From positions 480,001 to 512,000 of the forward strand of contig NC_016070.1 of the NCBI RefSeq assembly GCF_000253055.1: 32,000 nucleotides of DNA, given 5' to 3'. A program made the position numbers and the translations under genes. Shown here piece by piece: positions 8,612 through 16,639 of this stretch (position 1 is the first letter of the stretch; each line of letters begins with the position of its first letter). The notes beneath the pieces are model-generated. The model ran no database searches. It worked only from the letters and a program-made list of their open reading frames with translations, and was not told where the DNA came from. This stretch comes from Thermoproteus tenax Kra 1. GTDB lineage: Archaea; Thermoproteota; Thermoprotei; Thermoproteales; Thermoproteaceae.

Positions 8612-9849
8612 TCAATTTATCCAGCCTTCCACTTTCCCGACCCACTCGGCAGGATTCGTCGTGAGCCACGGCGGCCTTAGTAGATGTCTCCATTCGCCGG
8701 GCCTCGGCAGATAGACCCCCCTCTCCTCGGCGGAGAGGAGGTACCGAACCTCCGCCGATTTGAACACTGTGCCGCACCTTCTGCATCTCCTGCCCTTACC
8801 TCTGCCGAGGCTCTCCAGGGCGCCTCCACAGTAGGGACATCTCGGCTTAGTTTGGACGAGCTTGTAGAACACCTCCATCCTCTCGACGTATAGGTAGAGC
8901 CTCTCGCCCCTGGGCTTTAATCCTCCCCTCAGCTCTACGTAGCAACCGACGCACTTCTCCAACGTCGTGCTCAATTTGCCCAGATGTCTGTAGGCCACGG
9001 CGATGAGGCCGTTGGAGAGCCCCGCGAATACGTGCCTCTTCACCCTCTTGGTCCAGAGCACCAGGGCCCTCGTTTTGTAGACGGAGTAGGGCAGAGGCCT
9101 CTCGGGCAGAATCCCGAGCTCGAAGTGGGCGTCGGTGGCTTGGTTTGTTCTAAAGATCGCCCAACCCTTCGCCTTTATCCCGTTCTCTTGGAGGAAACGC
9201 GCAGCATATATCAGATGGGGCGGCGAGGTGCCCCTTATGCCGTACAAGACTGGGTCGGGCCCCCTCGGCTCTATCAAGACCCTTCTGCCGTCCAAATTGT
9301 GGAAAGTGAACGGGTACGTCAGCCTCTCCATGGCCTCCACCAGACGCGGGGGGATCGCCGGCCTCTCGCCCTCTCTGTAGGCCAAAAGCTCGAAGGTGGA
9401 GGTGGGGAGCTCTGCGCCGATCGCGGCCACTGCCCCTATTACGCCTCTGCCTCCCCAAGTCCTCACTCCATCTACCCTCTCGACGACGCTCCTCGGGACT
9501 ATCTGGGCCAGGGCCAGTCTGTAGACGCGCTTGGCCCTCTCGGGCACGCCGCCGATGGCCATGGCCACGCCGGGGCTGGTCTTGCCCGCCCTATCTGCGC
9601 TCTCCGCAGTTATCTTAATAGCCAGCTCCCAAACGTCTTGGGCCGCAGCCTCGGGCAAGTCCAACACGAGCGCCACTGCGGCGTTCCCTCTGGTCTTAAA
9701 CGGGACGTAGGGTTCAGCCTAATTAGACGGGGATAATCGGCGAACACATCGCCGTATGTTCTAATTATCTCTTTTGCCAAGAGGTAGGCCACGTGGGTCG
9801 TGCACCCCCCTCTATGGGAGTCTGTGTCGTCTATACCTAAATATATCAT
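8612..9849 (-). pseudogene. tiaS: tRNA(Ile2) 2-agmatinylcytidine synthetase TiaS, split by an apparent -1 frameshift near 9709-9712 (may still be functional)
   Basis: ORF 9610..9849 gives MIYLGIDDTDSHRGGCTTHVAYLLAKEIIRTYGDVFADYPRLIRLNP, the TiaS N-terminus. ORF 8612..9676, extended upstream in frame, gives YVPFKTRGNAAVALVLDLPEAA... and ends in a Zn-ribbon CPYCGG...CRRCG. Confidence 0.82.
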
Positions 9850-11525
9850 CCCTTGAGCCCCCCTATGTTGAAGCCCTCCAACATTCTGCCCAGTATCAGA
9901 TAGCTCAAGACCAACACGGGGAGCGCGACTACGAGGGCCGAGGCCGCCAAAGTGCTCCAGTCAACGGACGTGCTCATGATAGATTCTATTGCAAATATAG
10001 TGACGGTCTGGGCTCCCGTCGGAGGGAAGTTGAACTGATAGGGAGTCTGAGTGAGCACAATGGGGTAGAACAGCAAATGCCAGTTCACAATAAAGGAAAG
10101 AGTGAACAGAGTGAACCAAGCGCTCCTCGTTATAGGGGCGATGATTCTGAACAGTATACGCGTCGAACCGGCCCCCTCGACCTCCGCCATCTCGTGGTAC
10201 TCGTTGGGCAGATCTCTGAAGACGTTAAAGAAGACCCAGGCGGACAGCGTGGCGGTAAATATCGGCGTCGACAAAATCAAGATCCACCACGTGTTCAATA
10301 AGTTGGACCACACGGCGAAGAGGTAGATAGGGAATATAAAGCTCGTGGGCGGCAGGGCGTATAGATATATTGTGAGGAGGAGCGGGCCGAGGCGGTTCCT
10401 CTTGGCCATGAGATATGCGGCAGGCCCCGCCAGAAGCACCGATAGAGCCGCCGCGGCCGCTCCGACGACCACGTTGGTGACGACGTACGGCGTCGATCTG
10501 GCCAAGGCATCTAGGAAGTATTTGGCCGTGAAGACGGTCGGATAGATTATGGGGGGCGTGATGAAGTCGTACTGATCGGGCCTGAACGCTATCAAGAACA
10601 TCCAGTAGACTGGGAACAACAGGAAGGCCAAGATGGCGGCGAAGAATATCCAGAGGGCGGCGTTGAAGACTTTGTCTGGTATCTTGAGAGCGGGCATCCT
10701 CACGTAGAGACCTCCCGCCCTCATTACGTAGAGCAGGGCCAGAGCCGGCGCCGTGGCTATCGCCGCCAACAGTGCCGCCACGGTCTCCCCCGCCTTGAGG
10801 TCCCCCATGAAGTACAACAGATCGTAGACCATGAGCGGCAACGTCGTTGAGGAATAGCCGGGCCCTCCCTGGGTGAGAATGAAGGGTATGTCGAAGTCGC
10901 CTAACTGGAGGATAAAAGTGATGAGGAAGGCCGTGACGACGACTTTGAACACATAGGGTAGCACGACTCCGAAGTAGTACTGCGACATAGAGGCGCCGTC
11001 GATCTGCGCGACCTCCCTCAGTTCTTTGTTCACAGTCTTAAGACCTCCTATGATCACAAGATATGCAAACGACACGCTGCCCCAGATGCCCACTATTGTG
11101 ACGGCCCATATAGAGAGCCCCGGGACAGTCGTCAAGTTCAACATGGGCAGCCTCAGGAGCTTTATCAGATAATAGGCGGGGCCATACAGCGGATCGAAGA
11201 TGGTGTACCACACCATTGTCGAGGCGGTGAACGGTATAGTGTAGGGGACGAGTATGAGGAGGGAGAGGGGTATCTGCCACCTACGCGGCAGACTGTCCAC
11301 TCTGATGGCCAAGATGAGCGCAAGCAGAGTGGATATTAACGCCGTAGCCGACGCAAAGAGAAGCGTGTTATAGAGCGCCAGCTGGAACGTGCCGGGCGGA
11401 AAGTCCAAGAAGAGGGACTCAACGGCGGATGGATTGAAGCCCACTAGATAGAAGGTGAGCAGAAGCGGCAGTAGGCCGAACGCGACTATGTAGGCGATGT
11501 AGGGCCCTATCCAGAACTGGCGCAT
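9846..11525 (-). CDS. ABC transporter permease, two MalF/MalG-type permease domains fused in one polypeptide (559 aa)
   Basis: Two EAA-type loops: EVAQIDGASMSQYYFGVVLPYVFK and EMAEVEGAGSTRILFRIIAPITRSAW. Many hydrophobic segments in each half. Confidence 0.85.
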   Translation of the reverse strand: MRQFWIGPYIAYIVAFGLLPLLLTFYLVGFNPSAVESLFLDFPPGTFQLALYNTLLFASATALISTLLALILAIRVDSLPRRWQIPLSLLILVPYTIPFTASTMVWYTIFDPLYGPAYYLIKLLRLPMLNLTTVPGLSIWAVTIVGIWGSVSFAYLVIIGGLKTVNKELREVAQIDGASMSQYYFGVVLPYVFKVVVTAFLITFILQLGDFDIPFILTQGGPGYSSTTLPLMVYDLLYFMGDLKAGETVAALLAAIATAPALALLYVMRAGGLYVRMPALKIPDKVFNAALWIFFAAILAFLLFPVYWMFLIAFRPDQYDFITPPIIYPTVFTAKYFLDALARSTPYVVTNVVVGAAAAALSVLLAGPAAYLMAKRNRLGPLLLTIYLYALPPTSFIFPIYLFAVWSNLLNTWWILILSTPIFTATLSAWVFFNVFRDLPNEYHEMAEVEGAGSTRILFRIIAPITRSAWFTLFTLSFIVNWHLLFYPIVLTQTPYQFNFPPTGAQTVTIFAIESIMSTSVDWSTLAASALVVALPVLVLSYLILGRMLEGFNIGGLKG

Positions 11526-11548
11526 GGAAAAGGGGGATTATTTCAGAG

Positions 11549-12994
11549 CTAGTGGCACGGGCCGTAGGTCTGCACCAACGCGTTGATCCACGAACGAGCT
11601 GCCGAGTTCATTGCGGTCTGTGCGTCCATCTGACCCAAGAGGTACATATAGACCTCTTGGTTGAAGGTGGGTATCAGCACTTGGGCTGTCGGCGGTATGT
11701 TGGGCGGGTTGGCCCAAGCGTTCTGGGCAGCTTGGTAGACCTCCTTCAGTATCTCGCGCTCGTGCGAGCTCAGAGTGCTGTTCGACAACAACATCTGGAA
11801 GGCCTCCTTGGATATCGGGAAGTGGTGGAAGTATAGATATTCGTAGATCTGCACTTTCGGCGACACGAGGAACGCCAAGAAGTCCAATGCCTGTTGGATG
11901 TGCGCTGAGTATTTGCTCACCGCCAAGAAGCTGGTGCCCGTCTCGGCGTAGCCGCCCGGCAGAGGCGCCACATATGTGTCGTTGTAGACAGAGGGCGGCA
12001 AATAGGCGAGTTGGCTCACGAACAATATTGCGGCGGGAGCGTACTGGGCGTAGAGCTGCGGATCGTTGTTGTAAGACACTGCGGTCACATTGGGCGGAGG
12101 CTCGTAGGAGACGAGCTCTCTGTAGACCTCAAGCGCTTGAATTCCGTCGGTCGTATTGAAGTCGGGCAACGGATAGGGGCAGCCTGGAGCGGGAGAACCA
12201 TAGAACATTATGTTGAAGGTCGGTATACCGCCCGACGTCCCCTTGTTCAAGGAGGGGTCGTGGAGATACCACCAACCGAAGACTGCCGGATAGGCGTCAA
12301 TAATATCGTGTGATGGATCGTCGGCAATTATTATTCCGTACTTGGTGATGCCGTGGCCGACGAAGAACTTGTCGGCGTCTAGCGCTGCCGTCCAGTTCTC
12401 CCAAGTGAGCGGATCCAACTGTAGGCCATATTCTCTATAGAACTGTTGAGCCAACGTGTTGTTGTCGAACAGAGATTTCTTATAGACTAGCGTGTAGATG
12501 TCGGTCTCGTAGGCCACTCCTATGTAGACGTTCTGGCCGCTCGTTGCGTTGTAGTAAACGCCGCCGAAGTCCTCTTGCGGCTCTATTAAGTCGCTCATAT
12601 TGAAGAGGGTGCCTACGTAGGGATTGAGGGGGACAACGTAGGGCACAAACCTAAGCGAGGATGTAGAAGTGAACTCCACTATATCGTACTGCGATGAGTG
12701 GGCTTGGAGCACTGTAAGCTCGTTAGTCAAATACTGGCTGAAGGGGTACGTGATAACCTTGACATACACGTTCGGATGCAGTTGGTGATATAGCTGGCCC
12801 GCAAACTGTATGAAGTCCGCCGTTTTGCCTTTATACGCGACAACATACAATGTTATATTCTGTTGAGGAGACGGCGCAGTCGGCGTAGCGCTGGATGTGG
12901 GGGGAGGGGTCTTAGACATAAAATAGGCTGCTGCTCCGATCAGTATTAACACCACAACGATCCCTACGGCGAGTCCCAACTTTGATGCGCGCAT
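11549..12994 (-). CDS. ABC transporter extracellular solute-binding protein
   Basis: N-terminal hydrophobic anchor MRASKLGLAVGIVVVLILIGAAAYF, then a Thr/Pro/Ser linker, then SBP-like KTADFIQFAGQLYHQLHPNVYVKVITYPFSQYLTNELTVLQAHSSQYDIVEF. Adjacent to the permease. Track ORF starts at 13009. Confidence 0.85.
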   Translation of the reverse strand: MRASKLGLAVGIVVVLILIGAAAYFMSKTPPPTSSATPTAPSPQQNITLYVVAYKGKTADFIQFAGQLYHQLHPNVYVKVITYPFSQYLTNELTVLQAHSSQYDIVEFTSTSSLRFVPYVVPLNPYVGTLFNMSDLIEPQEDFGGVYYNATSGQNVYIGVAYETDIYTLVYKKSLFDNNTLAQQFYREYGLQLDPLTWENWTAALDADKFFVGHGITKYGIIIADDPSHDIIDAYPAVFGWWYLHDPSLNKGTSGGIPTFNIMFYGSPAPGCPYPLPDFNTTDGIQALEVYRELVSYEPPPNVTAVSYNNDPQLYAQYAPAAILFVSQLAYLPPSVYNDTYVAPLPGGYAETGTSFLAVSKYSAHIQQALDFLAFLVSPKVQIYEYLYFHHFPISKEAFQMLLSNSTLSSHEREILKEVYQAAQNAWANPPNIPPTAQVLIPTFNQEVYMYLLGQMDAQTAMNSAARSWINALVQTYGPCH

Positions 12995-13611
12995 ATGGTT
13001 GTGTAACAACGATTTTTTAATTTATCGTGGCGTCTTTCCCGCATTTCTCAAGCGGTCATAAGGTCAGAGACGCCATGGCGTCTGGTTGGGAAAGGCGCTC
13101 GTCCTCGGCCCCACGACGGCGGCGCGTCTAACTCCCAGCGAGTACGTCGAGAGGCTGTCGAAAGACTAGGGGGCCCACCGCCGAGGAGCTGGGCCTCCAA
13201 TCGAGAGCAGAAAACGAAAGAGGTATGAGCTGAGGCGCGGAGCTATGGAGGCTCGGCATAGCGCTGTTCACGGCGCGTTGAATAATGTCGATAGGCTTAG
13301 GGCCGCGACAACGGTTGCGCTGGTAGTCGTGGGGGTTGAGGGCCTTGTCTGTCCAAGATGCCGAGATGCCTCGCCTCCTCATGCGAGAGCCCCAATCTTG
13401 GTTGTAGGGACGGCCGCGGATTCTAGCCGCCTCCTCTCCTCGCCTTCCCCCTTTAGTCTATCCAGCTCTAGCCCCATGAACCGCAATGTTCTCTCCGTCT
13501 GTGGGCTAAGGAGGAGGCCTCTCCAAAAGCTCGTCGTACACAGTATAAAATAGACCGCTTTTGAAAGGGCTTACAACCGAGGGCCCCCGCCCTTTAGGGC
13601 AGGAAGCGCGG

Positions 13612-14325
13612 TTATACTGCGCCCTGCTGCTTCATTGACTTAATCACCGACCGGATATACCTGGGGAGCTCTTCGAATCGTATCGGCACAACGCCCTCTA
13701 TCTTCAGATCGGCGTTATATTGGTTCCTCACAAGGATCCTTACGTCGGCCATCCTCCATGCGGGTATATCGTTGTCGCTGTCGCCCATATAGACGACGTA
13801 ACTGACGCCCAACATGGCCTTGAGCAGTTTGACTGCGTCGCCCTTGTTCTTTTTGGACGCGAATATGTCGGCCATGGGGTGTCTACGGTATCGGAGCACC
13901 GTCATCCCCAACCCCTCGGCGTAGGCCAAGAGCTCCTCGAGGCCTTTCGGCTGGGCGCCCGTCTCCCTCCAGTCTATGGTCAGCCCAGCCCATCTTCCGT
14001 CGCTAGTCCTCTTGGCGTCGATGTAGGCGTCCAACGATCTGGCTCTGCGCACTAGCTGCTCCATCTCGATAGCCCTCAGGTCGTCCGCTATCGCCGTATA
14101 GCCGCCCGCCTTTATCTCTATGCCGTTGATACACGCAAAGGCTTTGGCGTAGGGCACTTTCTCGTACGCAGTTCTACAGTCCTTGGTCGTCACTATGGCT
14201 ATCGGCACTAGGTGCGAGAGCTCCCTCAGAGCCAAGTCTAGCTCCTCGGGCACTTCTCCGTCCCTCCTCACCAACTCGGGAGGTATCAATGTGCCGTCAA
14301 GATCGGCAAAAAGCGCGATGCTCAT
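13612..14325 (-). CDS. HAD-superfamily hydrolase (sucrose-phosphate/mannosyl-phosphoglycerate phosphatase-like)
   Basis: 237 aa; ALFADLDGTLIPP, IVTTKD, KKNKGDAVKLL, YMGDSDNDIPAWRMAD. Confidence 0.82.
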   Translation of the reverse strand: MSIALFADLDGTLIPPELVRRDGEVPEELDLALRELSHLVPIAIVTTKDCRTAYEKVPYAKAFACINGIEIKAGGYTAIADDLRAIEMEQLVRRARSLDAYIDAKRTSDGRWAGLTIDWRETGAQPKGLEELLAYAEGLGMTVLRYRRHPMADIFASKKNKGDAVKLLKAMLGVSYVVYMGDSDNDIPAWRMADVRILVRNQYNADLKIEGVVPIRFEELPRYIRSVIKSMKQQGAV

Positions 14326-14403
14326 CTGCAGCCTCTACCTAGTTAGTTTAATGGTTTACGCCTTTCTCTTCAAGAGTTAAATAGAGGGGGCGAACGGAGA
14401 CAT

Positions 14404-15300
14404 ATGAAGCTGTTGACCTACAGCCACCGCGGCGTAAGAAAAGTTGGCGCGTATGTTGAGGGCGCCGTGGTCGACCTCGCCGAAGCCTACAAGGCGGTCT
14501 ACGGCGCCGAGAAGGCCCCCGACTTCCTCTACGACATGAAAGACTTGATCTCCGCGGGCGAGCCGGCGTTGCGCATAGCCAGAGAGGTGGCCGAGAAGGC
14601 CAGCGGAGAGCACTATTTAGATCCGCGCTCCATAGTGTGGGAGCCTCCCGTTGTGAGCCCCGAGAAGATACTGGCTGTCGCCGTCAACTATAAGTCTCAC
14701 GGAAGGGAAATGGGCCACGCCCCGCCGCCGCGCCCCTACTTCTTCCCCAAGTTCCCCAACGCGCTGGTGGGCCACGAGAGACCCATAATCAAACACAGAA
14801 TAGTCCAGAAGATGGACTGGGAGGTAGAGCTCGTGGTAATAATAGGCAGGTCCGGCAAATATATACCTAAGGAGAGTGCCCTCGACTACGTGTTCGGCTA
14901 CACCGTGGGGAACGACATAAGTATGCGCGACTGGCAATATCCTCCCACCGAGCTGGGCCTTGGGTGGATCTGGGGGAAGAGCATGGACACAGCGGCGCCC
15001 GTAGGCCCGTACATCGTAACCGCCGATGAGATCGGCGACCCCAACAAGTTGGGCCTAAGACTGTATGTGAATGGCGTTTTAGAGCAGGAGGGCAACACTG
15101 CCGATCTGATCTTCAATATACAAGATTTAATCCACTGGGCCTCGCAGGGCATAACTCTGAAGCCCGGCGATATGATATTCACGGGCACTCCGCCCGGCGT
15201 GGGCCACGCCAAAGGGAAGTACCTCAAAGACGGCGATGTGGTGGAGGCGGAGGTCGAGGGAATCGGCGTGTTGAGGAACTACGTGATCGAGGAGAAGTAA
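14404..15300 (+). CDS. Fumarylacetoacetate hydrolase (FAH) family protein
   Basis: 298 aa; ILAVAVNYKSHGREMG, DWEVELVVIIGRSGKYI, VFGYTVGNDISMRDWQ, KSMDTAAPVGPYIVTADE, TGTPPGVGHAKG. Confidence 0.88.
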   Translation: MKLLTYSHRGVRKVGAYVEGAVVDLAEAYKAVYGAEKAPDFLYDMKDLISAGEPALRIAREVAEKASGEHYLDPRSIVWEPPVVSPEKILAVAVNYKSHGREMGHAPPPRPYFFPKFPNALVGHERPIIKHRIVQKMDWEVELVVIIGRSGKYIPKESALDYVFGYTVGNDISMRDWQYPPTELGLGWIWGKSMDTAAPVGPYIVTADEIGDPNKLGLRLYVNGVLEQEGNTADLIFNIQDLIHWASQGITLKPGDMIFTGTPPGVGHAKGKYLKDGDVVEAEVEGIGVLRNYVIEEK

Positions 15301-15377
15301 CCAACGAGGCTTTCGGTCGTAGGTCGCTAGCGCACTCCTCAGTCGGAACTCTAGACAGGAAAATCCCAGTTGCAACT

Positions 15378-15387
15378 TTTATATATC
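15378..15387 (+). promoter_or_regulatory. Putative TATA box upstream of tRNA-Ser
   Basis: tttatatatc about 20-27 nt upstream of the tRNA 5' end. Confidence 0.45.
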
Positions 15388-15404
15388 CTCTCCTAAGTAG
15401 AGTC

Positions 15405-15489
15405 GCCGGGGTGGCCGAGCTGGTCCAAGGCGCGGGCCTGCTAAGTCCGTCCCCGCAAGGGGGCGTGGGTTCAAATCCCACCCCCGGCG
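15405..15489 (+). tRNA. tRNA-Ser (anticodon GCU)
   Basis: Acceptor GCCGGGG/CCCCGGC with discriminator G; anticodon stem CGGGC/GTCCG with loop CTGCTAA (anticodon GCT 15440-15442); long variable arm tccccgcaaggggg; T arm GTGGG-TTCAAAT-CCCAC. No encoded CCA. Confidence 0.95.
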
Positions 15490-15611
15490 CGTCCTCCTCC
15501 TAGCGGCGGTCGGGCTCGGTAGGCGTCCTCTGACTACCCCCTCAGTCTGCTGAAGCTTATCAACCGCCCCTCCGTAGATGATTGCGCGAGGTCGTGTAGC
15601 GATGCCTAGGG

Positions 15612-15908
15612 TCACGCCAAAGCGTAGTAGTCATATTTTTCTACCACGGGCCTGCCCCTTTTCAGAGACTCTCTAACGCACATCAGAATCTCCTCGGCGA
15701 TTGGCTCAGGCGGCGGCAGCTTCTTAGAGACTCCCTTGCGTCCCCTTATGACTTGGACTTTGTCCATCTCATCGCCGAGGACTCCCAACGTACATAGGTA
15801 TGTATAGAAGAGTATGTCCTCGACCTTGGCCCCATCTAGGCCTCTGGCCACTTGGGCTGCCAGAGCTCTCGCAAACTCGACTAGGTGATCCGGCAACACG
15901 ACGCCCAT
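15612..15908 (-). CDS. Conserved-looking hypothetical protein (98 aa)
   Basis: MGVVLPDHLVEFARALAAQVARGLDGAKVEDILFYTYLCTLGVLGDEMDKVQVIRGRKG...; coding-like composition, no recognised domain. Confidence 0.5.
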   Translation of the reverse strand: MGVVLPDHLVEFARALAAQVARGLDGAKVEDILFYTYLCTLGVLGDEMDKVQVIRGRKGVSKKLPPPEPIAEEILMCVRESLKRGRPVVEKYDYYALA

Positions 15909-16175
15909 TTTTAGACAAATTAAATTTCTTTCTATCCTACAATAAGAATTTTTTACTTAAATAATAGGTCAAAATATAAGTTAATAAACAAAAATAGTCA
16001 ATTAAATATATATAGATAAAATCTAAACTTTATCGCCGTCCTAATTTTTAGAATTAATAGGTCGCTCCTTGGGAGCGCTCCATCTCTTCACAGCGCCGGG
16101 CCTCTCTCAAACGATACGTCTCCGCCCTAAAGGGCTGAGCTTCTACTGAGGCTATGTCGGCCGAGGTGGCTAAGT

Positions 16176-16442
16176 TCACGTCAGCTCATCCGCCTTCAAT
16201 TTTACCAAATGGTGGAGGTCGCCGAACTTCATCCTCAGAATATCAAGGCCTCTCCTCGTAATCAGTATAGTATTCTTCTCTATTTTCACAGCGCCTAAGT
16301 TCTCGGCCGTGTTCAATACATGATACAGTTCATCCAGGGTGAGGTGCCAAGTCCTGGCCAACTCGCCGATGTTCGCTCTGCCCCCATAATTGACAAGTAT
16401 CTTTAGCAAGCCCAGGACGCTATCTGCGTCTACCTCTTCCAC
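16176..16442 (-). CDS. Small winged-helix-like protein (88 aa)
   Basis: VLGLLKILVNYGGRANIGELARTWHLTLDELYHVLNTAENLGAVKIEKNTILITRRGLDIL has a wHTH-like pattern, similar to ABC-ATPase-associated C-terminal domains. Confidence 0.55.
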   Translation of the reverse strand: MEEVDADSVLGLLKILVNYGGRANIGELARTWHLTLDELYHVLNTAENLGAVKIEKNTILITRRGLDILRMKFGDLHHLVKLKADELT

Positions 16443-16639
16443 AATAAAATTGTCTTATTACCTTAAAAGCTTATGTTGGGAAAAATTCCTAACAACTAGG
16501 TTTTAAAAACTTGAAAGATTATTTTTTATAATTATTTAAAAATATTTATTTATTTTGAAAAATTCTAAATTTGAATATTAAAATTGCTCGCTCAAAGAGC
16601 TGAATTAAATCTATATTTATATAGAGGTTACAATGTGGC

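Noticed and set aside
8984-9736. 250 aa + strand ORF opposite tiaS
   Set aside because: The opposite strand encodes recognisable TiaS sequence; this ORF is low-complexity shadow with no recognised motifs.
13245-13553. 102 aa + strand ORF MEARHSAVHGALNN...
   Set aside because: No recognisable domain, arginine/serine-rich shadow-like composition; treated as part of an unexplained, possibly decayed segment rather than a gene.
15405-15489. Possible intron in tRNA-Ser
   Set aside because: The anticodon loop is a normal 7 nt (CTGCTAA) and the extra length is the class II variable arm.
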